64,000 nucleotides of DNA from Bacteroidia bacterium (GTDB lineage: Bacteria; Bacteroidota; Bacteroidia; UBA8524), in NCBI GenBank assembly GCA_037968475.1, contig JBBKVO010000018.1, positions 108,603 through 172,602 of the forward strand. Reading direction: 5' to 3'. Made by a program: the position numbers and the translations under genes. Positions 29,099 through 39,998 of the stretch are shown here, in pieces (the stretch's first letter is position 1; every line of letters begins with the position of its first letter). The notes under the pieces are model-generated. The model saw only the letters and a program-made list of their open reading frames with translations. It did no database searches and had not been told where the DNA came from.

Positions 29099-29175
29099 TT
29101 TACCTGAATAATACTTTACACTCCCTAATACCGACTTATCCATTTTAAGCTAAGTTTGCACAAACGTTTCTCCTA

Positions 29176-30366
29176 TTGGCAAACCGTATTATAACCCGCC
29201 GTGTATGGATGCTTTCGCTTATCAGCTTGTTTACTGATATGGCCAGCGAAATGCTATACCCTGTTATGCCCCTTTATCTTAAAAGCATTGGTTTTACCAT
29301 GGTTTTTATTGGTTTTTTGGAAGGCGCAGCAGAGTTTACGGCAGGTGTGAGTAAAGGGTATTTTGGCCAACTATCAGACAAATGGCAAAAACGTGTGCCG
29401 TTTATCCGTTGGGGATATACACTTAGTGCAGCTGCAAAACCTATGGTAGTGCTGTTTCGCAATCCTTTTTGGGTATTGTTTATGCGTGTTGGCGACCGCT
29501 TGGGTAAAGGGCTACGCACGGGTGCTCGCGATGCTCTTTTGGCAGATGAATGCACGCCTCAAAATCGGGGGCGTGTTTTTGGCTTGCACAGAGGCATGGA
29601 TACATTGGGTGCAACTTTGGGGGCATTATCTGCATTTTTAATCCTAACCGTTCAGCCCCAAGATTTTGAGAATGTATTTGTATGGGCTATCGTGCCTGGT
29701 ATTGTAGCTATTTTTCTTAGTTTTTTGCTGACAGAAAGCAAACGCAACAACGATTTTATCGCATCAAAAGAAAAGGTAGGATTTCTCTCGTACTTTAAAT
29801 ATTGGAAAACGGCCACCCCACAATACAGAAAACTAACAGGAGGCATAATTCTGTTTTATTTATTTAATACCTCAGACGTGTTTTTATTATTGTTTTTAAA
29901 ACATCAGGGATTTAGCGCAACGTTTATTATTGGCGCATATATACTTTACAATGCCTTTTATGCGCTGCTTTCATATCCTTTTGGGCATTTATCAGATAAA
30001 ATAGGCTACCAAAAAGTATATATGTTGGGCTTATTGTGTTTTGTAATTACGTATGCACTGCTGCCCTTCTCTACCCAATATTGGCAGGTGATAGTACTTT
30101 TTTCTATTTACGGAGCATTTTCAGCATTAACCGACGGTATTAGCAAAGCATGGATGAGCCAGCATTGCAAGCCCAATGAAAAAGGTACTGCTTATGGTTT
30201 TTTGGGGAGTAGTATTAGCATAGCTCTTGTCATCTCTAATACCCTAATAGGTTTTATTTGGGATGGCTTTACACCCGCCTACGCTCTTTTACTTTCAGCA
30301 GTGGGAGCACTGGCCTGCTTTGTCTATTTTTTGAGGTGGAAAGAAACTACACCCTTACCTAAATAA
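29176..30366 (+). CDS. MFS transporter
   Basis: 12-TM pattern with an MFS signature loop (GDRLGKGLR). Confidence 0.8.
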   Translation: MANRIITRRVWMLSLISLFTDMASEMLYPVMPLYLKSIGFTMVFIGFLEGAAEFTAGVSKGYFGQLSDKWQKRVPFIRWGYTLSAAAKPMVVLFRNPFWVLFMRVGDRLGKGLRTGARDALLADECTPQNRGRVFGLHRGMDTLGATLGALSAFLILTVQPQDFENVFVWAIVPGIVAIFLSFLLTESKRNNDFIASKEKVGFLSYFKYWKTATPQYRKLTGGIILFYLFNTSDVFLLLFLKHQGFSATFIIGAYILYNAFYALLSYPFGHLSDKIGYQKVYMLGLLCFVITYALLPFSTQYWQVIVLFSIYGAFSALTDGISKAWMSQHCKPNEKGTAYGFLGSSISIALVISNTLIGFIWDGFTPAYALLLSAVGALACFVYFLRWKETTPLPK

Positions 30367-33300
30367 TAATACCGTGCCTCTGTAATGGCTTCGGCGGTAA
30401 AAATAATCCATAATACTTATCTCGTAAACATATACTCCTTCAGGGGCAAACGCACCTCTATAATTACCGTCCCACTTATGTAATACCGAGTTTGACTCGA
30501 ACATTTTTTCACCCCAACGATTATAAATACGCATCTGGTACTCCCGTATCCCCTTAAAAATACCCTCAGCACCAAAAGTTGGGTTTAAGTCGCCTTCATC
30601 AGGAGTGAAAGCCGTAGGAATAAACAATGTATAATCAGGTGAGATAAAAATACGTTTCTGTGCGCTGTCAAAACACCAATTTTGGTTTCTCACCACCAAG
30701 TCTACCCAATACCTGCCTGTATCGTTATACTCATATACAAGATTTTGTGCATTAGAAGTACTTCCGTCTCCCATTCGCCAATCCCATGCCACTACATCAG
30801 TACTAGAAGCATCGGTAAAGGTAATTTGTGCCGTAAAAAACGATACCGAATCAGGCTTGGCGGTGAAATCAGCAACAGGTAGCTGGTACACGGTTATGAA
30901 ATTAGTAAAAGTAGAATCGTGTCTACACCCTTTATCCGTAAGTATTGTTAAAATGGGCGAATATGTGCCCCATTTGGTGTATGTATGTGTAGGGTTTTGC
31001 AAGGTATCTGAATACTTATCGCCAAACTGCCACGACCATTTGGTGATAGTGGTTTGAGGCACTTTGCTCTGGTCGGTAAATACTACTTCAAAAGGCTGGC
31101 ATCCATCAGGAGTAGGTGTAAAAATTTCTGCCTGAGGCAAAGGGTTTACACTTACAGTATTTTTTACGTTACCTATACACCCTTTATCACTGGTAACTAT
31201 TAACTCAACATTATAATCGCCCCAATTGTTATAGGCATGGGTAGGTCTTTTACCACTGCCTGTATAGCCGTCGTCAAAAATCCATTGGTAGCTTGTTGTG
31301 CTGCCACTACTTAGGGTTACATTGTCTGTAAACTGTGTTGTATCAAGTAGGCACACTTCGGTTGCAGTAAAGGCTGCTTTAGGTTCAGGGTGAATGGTAA
31401 TCTTTTTTATAGCAGTGTCTTTACAACCAAACTGCGACGCTACAATAAGTTGTATGTTTTTGTTTCCCTCAACAAAATAGATATTACTAATTACTTTTCC
31501 TGTATCGGTTTTGCCACTCAAATCCCAATCACGACTAACAATTGATCCAACATTTACTGTTGAAGAATCAGTAAATGTAGCAGGTAGTTTCACGCATTGG
31601 TCATTAAAATAAAAGTTAGCCTTGGGACGTGGATATATAGTAATGGTTTTTTGTGCACTATCTACACAATGCCCGCTAACTTCAACTTTTAGCTTTACTA
31701 AGTAGCTGCCTAGTACACTGTATTTGTGTTTGGGGGCTATGGAAGTGTCTGTATACCCATCACCCAATTGCCAAAACCTTGCCGTAGTAGTACCGTTTGA
31801 GAATGTACTATAATCAGAGAAAACTGCGGTATCGTACACACAAACATCGTTTATATCAAATTTCACATTGGGCATATCAAATGCTTCAATGGTTTTGCCT
31901 GCTGTATCGCTACACCCCTTATCGCTAATGGTTATCAATTGTGTTTGGTAAGTACCTGCTATACTATAGTTTTTTGGAGGTTTAGTAGTATTTAATGCCC
32001 CCGAACCATCTCCAAACGACCACAAACGTTTATCTATATACCCTTCATCAATGGTACTTCCATCTATAAATATTGCAGTATCTATATAGCAAATATCTCC
32101 AATGGCATAGGCTGCTTTGGGGTTTGAGTACACATCAACCACAGTGGTTTGGGTATCGGTACAGCCAAAATTGTTTTCTACCCAAAGCAGTATAGTATGA
32201 AGGCCTGTATCAACAGGTAACCATTTTTGAACTTGATTGGTATCAATAAAATATACGCCCTCCCACCATTGACGTTGCACCAAAGTATCGGTTGTGGGTT
32301 GCGTTAAATCAGTTAGTACAACCGTATCACCCTTGCAAACATTTGCAGTTTGTACTTTTGCCAAAGGGCGTGGGTATATTACAATAGCATTGCTAGTATC
32401 GTTCTTACACCCCATATCTGATATGGCTGTGTGCTTAACTACAAAAGTATCGGCGTATGGGTACAGGTATTTTGCGTGTTGTAAGCTATCGGTTTGCCCA
32501 TCACCATACTCCCATAAATATTTAAGTATTTGGGTGCTGTCAATTGAGCTCGTATCTGTAAAAGTAGCACTATCGGCATAGCATACATTAGCCAATGTAA
32601 AGCCTACTTTTGGCACAGGAAACACGGGCACTTGCTTAGTTACGGTGTCTACACAGCCGTGATTGGTAGTAGCTATCAGTTTAACTATGAAGTTGTACGC
32701 ACTATCGTAGTGTTTTATCGGGTTCTTGCTTGTACTAATGCTTCCATCGCCAAATTCCCACCGCCATTTGTTTATTGTTGAAGTTGTGCCTTCTATCACA
32801 CTACTATCAATAAATTTAATGGTATCGTTTTGGCAAAAATGCGGGACTAAAAACCTTGCCTCAAGTTGTTGGCGAACGGTAATAGTTGTTGTGCTAGAAT
32901 CTTGCGATTCGCAATCGTTTTGGTTATTGTTTATAGTTACTAAAGCCAAATTAAACGTACCCAAAGTATCGAAGGTTATTACCGGCCTAGCACTGTCTGA
33001 GTAAAAAGTATCGGCCAAATACCATCGGTATTCATCAGGTGTATAGTTGGTGTTGGGTATAAAAGTAGTGGGCACCCCTTTGCAAACCGCAGCAGTAGAA
33101 GTACTTATATAATGGGTAAGATTGCGAATGTTTGCCCCCGCTGCATAGCCATACGATTCTACATTTCCAAACCCATACGCCAAAGCATTAAAACCACTAT
33201 CGGCAGTTAAACTGTGGTTGCCTGCGGCAACAGTAGTTTGCGAGTACATATAGGTGGGATTTGAAGATACAAAAGACCATTGCACACTATTGTTATCCAA

Positions 33301-34428
33301 TCTAAACGTACCCGTATCGGCACGTTTCATCACAATATTAATATGATGATTAGTAATATTTTGATAGGGTGATGAGTACAAGGTAATCTCGTTGAGTTGT
33401 TGCTCAATTGGGCTTAAAATAGTCATCGAAGGGTCGCCTGTAATACCATCACAATTTTGAGTACGCTGAAATTGAGCCATTTTTGCAGGTTTGGTGCAGC
33501 GTACATAATTTGCTGTTGAACTTAAAAACTCGTGGTATTGCCCTTTTTGTAGATTTTTTTGAAAGGTATTATTTACATACACCTGTGTATTATCCGCTCC
33601 TGCCAATACCCTAAAATAATCACCGCCTGTGCGGGTTTTCATTGGTACGGTAATAAACTCTTTTCCCCACGCACTTACAGGGTACATTTGTTGGTATAGA
33701 TTATCTCCACTACCTGCACCTGTGCAGCCTAATACCGTAAACGAACTACCCGAAAATACAGAAATACGTTTGCACCCACCACTACCACTTGAAACTGAAA
33801 GAAGTCTTGAACCTGTAATATCAGAAGTAGAACGATACTGATATGCCTCGCCTTTATTAAGACTTATAGTAAAAGTGGTGTTTGCTTGCCTAAAGCCTGT
33901 TGTATTGTTTGCAGTAGGGGTAATTTCTACCAAAGTACTATCTTCAGTGGCTAATACCATGAACTGATTGCGATGGGCACTACCAGTTGAAGCCTGAGTA
34001 AAACTCATAGCATAATATTCTCTACCCAATGTAGCTGTGGGTAGTACTAAGGTAGCATCAGAACGTGCATTGGCGTGTATGTGTGAGTATACCACCACGG
34101 GATCGTTTGCAATAAGTTTAATCCCTTTGTTTTCTATACAATCATCGCACCCCACATAAGCTGAGGCGGGGGGTATATTTAATACGGTTACTGAGTTTGC
34201 CGATACACTAAAGTTTTGCGACCAACTTTGCCCCGGAATGCTTACTACACCTGAAGTAGATACATCAGAAGTAACATATAATTTCATATTTGATCCCGTA
34301 CCGTCTATATGTCCCATATAGCCAATCCAAAAATCAGTACCCTTGTTTGATGTTACTTGTGAAAAAGCACTAAATGATAGTAGCAATACAATTGCACTAA
34401 GCACTAGCCCTATATGTCTACCTCTCAT
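30355..34428 (-). CDS. Large PKD-repeat adhesin with a T9SS type-B (gliding motility-associated) C-terminal domain
   Basis: 1357 aa. Many PKD-like repeats (WEFGDGS...S...NP.H.Y). The C-terminal ~90 aa (YTLFIPTAFTPDEGDLNPTF...EGVYVYEISIMDYF...GTVLLFR) fit the type-B sorting domain. Its 3' end overlaps the MFS gene by 12 nt. Confidence 0.8.
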   Translation of the reverse strand: MRGRHIGLVLSAIVLLLSFSAFSQVTSNKGTDFWIGYMGHIDGTGSNMKLYVTSDVSTSGVVSIPGQSWSQNFSVSANSVTVLNIPPASAYVGCDDCIENKGIKLIANDPVVVYSHIHANARSDATLVLPTATLGREYYAMSFTQASTGSAHRNQFMVLATEDSTLVEITPTANNTTGFRQANTTFTISLNKGEAYQYRSTSDITGSRLLSVSSGSGGCKRISVFSGSSFTVLGCTGAGSGDNLYQQMYPVSAWGKEFITVPMKTRTGGDYFRVLAGADNTQVYVNNTFQKNLQKGQYHEFLSSTANYVRCTKPAKMAQFQRTQNCDGITGDPSMTILSPIEQQLNEITLYSSPYQNITNHHINIVMKRADTGTFRLDNNSVQWSFVSSNPTYMYSQTTVAAGNHSLTADSGFNALAYGFGNVESYGYAAGANIRNLTHYISTSTAAVCKGVPTTFIPNTNYTPDEYRWYLADTFYSDSARPVITFDTLGTFNLALVTINNNQNDCESQDSSTTTITVRQQLEARFLVPHFCQNDTIKFIDSSVIEGTTSTINKWRWEFGDGSISTSKNPIKHYDSAYNFIVKLIATTNHGCVDTVTKQVPVFPVPKVGFTLANVCYADSATFTDTSSIDSTQILKYLWEYGDGQTDSLQHAKYLYPYADTFVVKHTAISDMGCKNDTSNAIVIYPRPLAKVQTANVCKGDTVVLTDLTQPTTDTLVQRQWWEGVYFIDTNQVQKWLPVDTGLHTILLWVENNFGCTDTQTTVVDVYSNPKAAYAIGDICYIDTAIFIDGSTIDEGYIDKRLWSFGDGSGALNTTKPPKNYSIAGTYQTQLITISDKGCSDTAGKTIEAFDMPNVKFDINDVCVYDTAVFSDYSTFSNGTTTARFWQLGDGYTDTSIAPKHKYSVLGSYLVKLKVEVSGHCVDSAQKTITIYPRPKANFYFNDQCVKLPATFTDSSTVNVGSIVSRDWDLSGKTDTGKVISNIYFVEGNKNIQLIVASQFGCKDTAIKKITIHPEPKAAFTATEVCLLDTTQFTDNVTLSSGSTTSYQWIFDDGYTGSGKRPTHAYNNWGDYNVELIVTSDKGCIGNVKNTVSVNPLPQAEIFTPTPDGCQPFEVVFTDQSKVPQTTITKWSWQFGDKYSDTLQNPTHTYTKWGTYSPILTILTDKGCRHDSTFTNFITVYQLPVADFTAKPDSVSFFTAQITFTDASSTDVVAWDWRMGDGSTSNAQNLVYEYNDTGRYWVDLVVRNQNWCFDSAQKRIFISPDYTLFIPTAFTPDEGDLNPTFGAEGIFKGIREYQMRIYNRWGEKMFESNSVLHKWDGNYRGAFAPEGVYVYEISIMDYFYRRSHYRGTVLLFR

Positions 34429-34582
34429 TAACTACCTAATAAACAAAAATTTGCTTTGTTGCAAAGTTCAACCCACAACAAAGCAAGTTAACTAAATTTT
34501 ACTCTAAACACACTTACTATTGTTTTAATATCACTTTAACTAAACCAAAAGCATCATTAAGTAAAAAGATGTTTGTAAAAGT

Positions 34583-36595
34583 GTGAGCAAATTTGCTGTA
34601 CTTTTGCGCCCATTATCTATGAAATTCGACCGTAAGCACTATACCGACGACACACTTTTACAGTTGTATAAAGCCATTCTTTATCCCCGAATGATAGAGG
34701 AAAAAATGTTGATTCTACTGCGCCAAGGTAAAATAAGCAAATGGTTTAGCGGCATTGGACAAGAAGCTATTTCGGCAGGACTTACTGCTGCACTGCATTC
34801 TGACGAATATATAATGCCATTGCATCGCAACTTGGCGGTGTTTACAGGTAGAAAAATACCTTTTACCAAACTGTTTGCTCAATGGCAAGGCAAAAAAGAA
34901 GGATTTACAAAAGGACGCGATCGTAGTTTCCATTTTGGCACTAACGAGTACCATATAGTAGGTATGATATCTCACCTAGGTGCAATGCTGGGTGTAGCGG
35001 ATGGTATTGCCCTTGCACATAAATTAAAAGGAGAGAAAAAAATTGCTGTTGCCTTTAGTGGTGATGGTGGAGCCAGTGAAGGCGATTTTCACGAGGCTAT
35101 AAACGTAGCAGCCGTATGGGATTTACCCGTAATATTTGTGGTAGAAAACAACGGCTACGGATTATCAACCCCAAGCAACCAACAGTTTCGCCAAAAACAG
35201 TTTATTGATAAAGCCATAGGCTTTGGTATTGAAGCGATGCAGGTGGATGGTAATAATGTACTTGAAGTATACCATGCTATAAACACCATTGCCGAAGATA
35301 TGCGCAATAACCCTCGCCCGATATTGTTTGAGGCAATGACCTTTAGGATGCGCGGCCACGAGGAAGCATCGGGCACTAAATATGTACCCCAAGAGTTGTT
35401 TGATGAATGGGGCAAAAAAGACCCATTGCTAAACTATCAAAACTACCTTAAAGAAATTGGTCTTTTAACAGACGAGAAAATAGCCGCATTAAAAACGGTA
35501 ATAAAAAGCACTATGGATGCTGAGCTTGAAGAAGTTTTTGCCATGCCTGAAATAGTAGCCAACACCGCCGAAGAGTTGGCCGATATGTACCACCCCGTGC
35601 AAAGCACATCTATGGCGCCGATAAGCCAAACCAAAACTGAAAAACGTTTGGTAGATGCCATAAGCGATGGCCTACGCCAAAGCATGGAACGCCACGACAA
35701 TTTGGTGTTGATGGGACAAGATATTGGTGCGTATGGTGGTGTATTTAAAATAACACAAGGTTTTGTAGAACAATTTGGTACAGATAGGGTGCGCAATACT
35801 CCCTTGTGCGAATCGGCAATTGTGGGTGCTGCCTACGGCCTTTCTGTTAAAGGCTTTAAAGCAATGATGGAAATGCAGTTTGCCGATTTTGTAACCTGCG
35901 GATTTAACCAAATAATAAATAACCTAGCTAAAAGCCATTACCGTTGGGGGCAAAATGCCGATGTGGTAATACGTATGCCCACAGGTGCTGGTGTAAATGC
36001 AGGGCCATTCCATAGCCAAAGTAACGAAGCTTGGTTTTTTCATACCCCCGGCCTAAAAGTGGTATACCCTTCTACCCCATCGGATGCTAAAGGATTGCTT
36101 TGTGCTGCCTTTAACGACCCTAACCCCATACTGTTTTTTGAGCATAAAGCACTATACCGCAGCCTTGAAGAAGATGTATTTGACGATTACTATACCATAG
36201 AAATTGGCAAAGCACGTACAGTAACCGAAGGCGAAAAGCTTAGTATAATTACCTATGGTGCAGCAGTGCATTGGGCAGTAGCAGAGTGTAAAAAACAGAA
36301 TATTGATGCCGAAATTGTAGACCTGCGTACCCTATTGCCTTGGGACAAAGAAGCTGTTGAAGCCGCTGTGAAAAAAACAGGCCGTGTGCTTATAGTACAC
36401 GAAGACACACTAACAGGTGGTATTGGTGCTGAAATAGCAGCATGGATAAGTGAAAATTGCTTCACCCACCTTGATGCACCAGTAATGCGTATAGGCAGCC
36501 TTGATACTGCCGTGCCAATGGCAAAAGATCTTGAAGAACACTTTTTGGCCAAGCATTGGCTAGGTGATGCTCTTGAAAAATTAAGAGCTTATTAA
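34583..36595 (+). CDS. 2-oxoacid dehydrogenase E1 component, fused alpha/beta subunits
   Basis: N-terminal TPP-binding alpha-like half (GDGGASEGDFHEAINVAAVW) and a C-terminal transketolase-like beta half. Confidence 0.85.
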   Translation: MSKFAVLLRPLSMKFDRKHYTDDTLLQLYKAILYPRMIEEKMLILLRQGKISKWFSGIGQEAISAGLTAALHSDEYIMPLHRNLAVFTGRKIPFTKLFAQWQGKKEGFTKGRDRSFHFGTNEYHIVGMISHLGAMLGVADGIALAHKLKGEKKIAVAFSGDGGASEGDFHEAINVAAVWDLPVIFVVENNGYGLSTPSNQQFRQKQFIDKAIGFGIEAMQVDGNNVLEVYHAINTIAEDMRNNPRPILFEAMTFRMRGHEEASGTKYVPQELFDEWGKKDPLLNYQNYLKEIGLLTDEKIAALKTVIKSTMDAELEEVFAMPEIVANTAEELADMYHPVQSTSMAPISQTKTEKRLVDAISDGLRQSMERHDNLVLMGQDIGAYGGVFKITQGFVEQFGTDRVRNTPLCESAIVGAAYGLSVKGFKAMMEMQFADFVTCGFNQIINNLAKSHYRWGQNADVVIRMPTGAGVNAGPFHSQSNEAWFFHTPGLKVVYPSTPSDAKGLLCAAFNDPNPILFFEHKALYRSLEEDVFDDYYTIEIGKARTVTEGEKLSIITYGAAVHWAVAECKKQNIDAEIVDLRTLLPWDKEAVEAAVKKTGRVLIVHEDTLTGGIGAEIAAWISENCFTHLDAPVMRIGSLDTAVPMAKDLEEHFLAKHWLGDALEKLRAY

Positions 36596-36597
36596 GA

Positions 36598-37143
36598 TTA
36601 CTTAGCCACTAAAAAAATAAGTGTTGTGGCTGCCAAGCCAACACCAAAACCACCTAGTCCCCAACGTAGGCGGTCTTTCCATTGGTTTTTCTTTTCTTGT
36701 TCTAGCAGCATCTGGGTTTGTGTTAGCAAGGCTTTTGTATCGTTTATATTTTTAGCCACTGCACCCAACGTATCGTTTAGCTGGCTAAGGGTGCTTTGTG
36801 TGATAGATAGAAACTGCCCCGTATTGTTACCCAAACTGTCAAACTTATCCCTAAGCTCATTAAAGCGTTGGTTTTGTTGGCCTATCATACTGTCTTGTGT
36901 GTTTGATAGTGCTGCATAAGTTTTAACTATCTCAGTACAATTGCGGTTATTTTGCAGTGTTTTGCGGTAATTATCTATTACATTTTGGTTTAATATGTAC
37001 GCAGCATTACACCCTATAATTACCGTATCACCCATATTTACTTTTTTAATAGTATCGGCACTATTGCAAATATCAAAGGTTTTAAGTTGAGCCGTTGTGC
37101 ACAAACAAGCAAGCGATAGCAAAAAAGAAAAAAGTATTTTCAT
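36598..37143 (-). CDS. Hypothetical coiled-coil protein with signal peptide and C-terminal TM anchor
   Basis: Composition and hydrophobicity only. Confidence 0.4.
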   Translation of the reverse strand: MKILFSFLLSLACLCTTAQLKTFDICNSADTIKKVNMGDTVIIGCNAAYILNQNVIDNYRKTLQNNRNCTEIVKTYAALSNTQDSMIGQQNQRFNELRDKFDSLGNNTGQFLSITQSTLSQLNDTLGAVAKNINDTKALLTQTQMLLEQEKKNQWKDRLRWGLGGFGVGLAATTLIFLVAK

Positions 37144-37178
37144 CTTAATTTTAGATAATAGTTTTTTGAAGCATTAAG

Positions 37179-37562
37179 TTAATTGGTAACTACAAAATCA
37201 GGCAAATTATCTGCTGTAGTATCTACATTATGGTATAAATCGTTGAGGCGACTTTTCAGACTGTCTTTATATTTAGTATAGGTGCGCATACCGCTACGGT
37301 TTTCCAGATCCAAAATCTCAACCCTGCTTTGTATATCTTTTATATAGCTTTTAAACACCTGTATATCATTTCGTATCGAGTCTATTTTAGTACGGGTATA
37401 GTTTATCTGCGCTAATGAAGAATCGAGTTTTTGCTGGCTTTTATTAATATTTTCAATGGCTTGATTTAGGTTATTATCCCCGCTATTAAATAATCCCCTT
37501 ACTAAAGTTATAAGAAGTAGTACAGCCAGTGCAATCAATACGTATTTCAAATATTTATCCAT
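37179..37562 (-). CDS. Hypothetical coiled-coil membrane protein
   Basis: N-terminal TM helix. No recognisable domain. Confidence 0.4.
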   Translation of the reverse strand: MDKYLKYVLIALAVLLLITLVRGLFNSGDNNLNQAIENINKSQQKLDSSLAQINYTRTKIDSIRNDIQVFKSYIKDIQSRVEILDLENRSGMRTYTKYKDSLKSRLNDLYHNVDTTADNLPDFVVTN

Positions 37563-37717
37563 GTTAAAGATAGTTTATAGTTAGCCCAAATATATTAATT
37601 TAATGTTTTTAATGCAGCTATTAAGCACTAATTTAATATTTGCTTGTTTGTGCCACTAAAAAATAAAGCCCGTATTGTTTACAATACGAGCTTTATAAAT
37701 TCTTATCTCAACCTAGA

Positions 37718-38527
37718 TTATGGTATCAGGTTATTTTTAAAGTTAGCATAGTCGGCATCAAAAGTTTGAGTACCACTGCAATTTAAGGTTGCTTTTTCGT
37801 CGTGTATATTTTTCACACGTTCATCAGGACTAGGGTGTGTGCTAAAAAACGCATCTATTTTACCACTGTTTTGTCCATCGGCAGCCAGTTTATCAAAAAA
37901 GTTGGCAAAGCCATCTGCTTTGTAATCGGTGGGGCAAAGGTACGTTACACCGTATTTATCGGCTTCGCGTTCTGCATCACGCCCGTATTTTAGCAGCAAC
38001 ATATTCTCGGCTATTTTAGTTAGCGTACCTTGATTGTTACCTATCACAATACTTAGCATAAGTTCTATACCGTATTGTTTGGTCATTTGGTCGGTACTGT
38101 GGCGACGGTCGGCGTGAGCCATCTCGTGTCCCATAACTCCCGCAAGCTCGTCTTCACTTTCCAAATATTTTATTAAACCTGTATACACGTACATATAACC
38201 ACCAGGTACACAAAAGGCATTGATAACATTGTCATCTTTTATTATATAGGTTTCCCAAACAAATTTATCTTTATAAAACACTTTATTACCAGCAAGTATT
38301 TTACTCACTATTCCGCGCAAATAGGTGTGTGCTGCTGCGTATTGTGTTTCATCTAATAAAGGATATTCAGTAGGGTTTCCTGCTATTTCTACTTTTACTT
38401 GTTGTCCAAGTTTTATATCATCATCAATAGAAAATATATTAATGCTATTATCATCGGGGTTTTTGCTACAGTTGCTCAAAAACGCCAAAGAAAGGGCGGC
38501 AAAACTCAAAACGAGTATTTTTTTCAT
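37718..38527 (-). CDS. M48-family zinc metallopeptidase lipoprotein
   Basis: HEMAH zinc-binding motif (GVMGHEMAHADRRH) and a signal peptide. Confidence 0.8.
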   Translation of the reverse strand: MKKILVLSFAALSLAFLSNCSKNPDDNSINIFSIDDDIKLGQQVKVEIAGNPTEYPLLDETQYAAAHTYLRGIVSKILAGNKVFYKDKFVWETYIIKDDNVINAFCVPGGYMYVYTGLIKYLESEDELAGVMGHEMAHADRRHSTDQMTKQYGIELMLSIVIGNNQGTLTKIAENMLLLKYGRDAEREADKYGVTYLCPTDYKADGFANFFDKLAADGQNSGKIDAFFSTHPSPDERVKNIHDEKATLNCSGTQTFDADYANFKNNLIP

Positions 38528-38577
38528 AGGGTGGCTTTTGTACGAAATTAAAACAAAAACCCTGCTAAACCTATTGC

Positions 38578-39924
38578 CTAGCGAAACACATTTTCGTTTT
38601 TAAGTAAAATTTTCTCATCTCCATCACGATAAGGTAAAACTAATATCACCAAACGCATCATTTCGTCTTTATCGTCCATGCCTCGTTCAAAAAAAAGATC
38701 TTTTGGCGGACTGTGTGGGTTGGCAAAGTTGTTTGCTGTGTTATCGTACACTGCATCAACCCTTAGCACACTGCCTTTGGGTAGTTTTACCATGGTATCA
38801 AAACGATAAAACTCTTGCCAGTTAAAATCCCAATCGGTTATTTCTACCAAAGGTATTGTATCACCAACGGGAGGTATACAGTATGCTTTAAAGTACTTGC
38901 CCAACTTGTGCATATGCGGGTTAATGGCCAGTAGCGATATATCATCGTGTATCTTAATGTTGATATGAAAGTTTTTGATACTATCTGCAGGAATCATCCA
39001 ATCTTGCTGAGGATTGGGGTTTGTGGGTTTAAAGGTTACAAAACCAATGGTTCTATCTACAGGCTTTTTTGAAAAATAGATATGTATTTTTGATTTATCG
39101 CTTTGCTCAATAGGGCTTGGGGCGTATTGCAAATTACGTATCATTAATATGCCACGTTTGGGTAGCTTAAAACCTATACCGTGATTAAATATTTGTGGTG
39201 ATGTGCCTGGCAAATACCCGCTATGGAAAACCTCATAAGGCATATTTCCGTTAGAATCTATCAAGTTAAAATAGCTGTAATCGTGCTCATCGTTTATAAA
39301 ACTACTATCACCAAAAATAAAATAATCGGGACTGTTGTATATATCTACTCCATGGGGAACGGCAAGTAATTGGTAGCTGGCATGGTGCACCAATGTAGGG
39401 TTACCCGCTATAAATTCTATACCGCTAACAAAAGTATCGTTGGCCAACTCGTAGGGTATTTTATAGCAGATATAGGTTTCTTTATTATTACCTTTAACTG
39501 TAAAAGGTTCTTTCATCTCCAATACCAAATCAGGCTTACCCAGTATTTGTGAGCCACTAGGAAATTGAGGCTTTGCAGGTAGTTTATCAGCATTGCCTTC
39601 TTTTGCACCACTTTGTACCCATTGCTTTATTTGCTGTTTTTCTTTTTCTGTTAGATACTTTTCGTTGGCAAAGCTGCGGTAATGTGGGTTGGCTTTCCAC
39701 GGGGGCATATACCCTGCTTCGGTAACGTATTGTATAAATTTACCTTTCTGCTTCACCTGCTTATAGGTTTCAAGCGCAAAAGGAGCTGATCCGCCTGCGC
39801 GATGGCAAGGCAAACAGTTTTTGTATACAATAGGTGCAATGTGTTCTGTGTAGGTTACCGCTTCTGTTTGACCAAAAGCAAAGTTTACGCAAACAAAAAT
39901 TAGTAGTAAAACAATATATCTCAT
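38578..39924 (-). CDS. Cytochrome c domain fused to a copper type II ascorbate-dependent monooxygenase-like (PHM/DBH-like) domain
   Basis: N-terminal CLPCH haem-binding motif (HIAPIVYKNCLPCHRAGGSAPF). Downstream His clusters (VHHASY, HMHKLGK) and Met positions resemble the PHM CuH/CuM sites. Confidence 0.5.
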   Translation of the reverse strand: MRYIVLLLIFVCVNFAFGQTEAVTYTEHIAPIVYKNCLPCHRAGGSAPFALETYKQVKQKGKFIQYVTEAGYMPPWKANPHYRSFANEKYLTEKEKQQIKQWVQSGAKEGNADKLPAKPQFPSGSQILGKPDLVLEMKEPFTVKGNNKETYICYKIPYELANDTFVSGIEFIAGNPTLVHHASYQLLAVPHGVDIYNSPDYFIFGDSSFINDEHDYSYFNLIDSNGNMPYEVFHSGYLPGTSPQIFNHGIGFKLPKRGILMIRNLQYAPSPIEQSDKSKIHIYFSKKPVDRTIGFVTFKPTNPNPQQDWMIPADSIKNFHINIKIHDDISLLAINPHMHKLGKYFKAYCIPPVGDTIPLVEITDWDFNWQEFYRFDTMVKLPKGSVLRVDAVYDNTANNFANPHSPPKDLFFERGMDDKDEMMRLVILVLPYRDGDEKILLKNENVFR

Positions 39925-39998
39925 CTATATAGCTGTGTTTGTTTCATCCCCCTACCCCCTTCTCTCATGCGCTTTATCCTTCTACTCCGCTCAGGATG

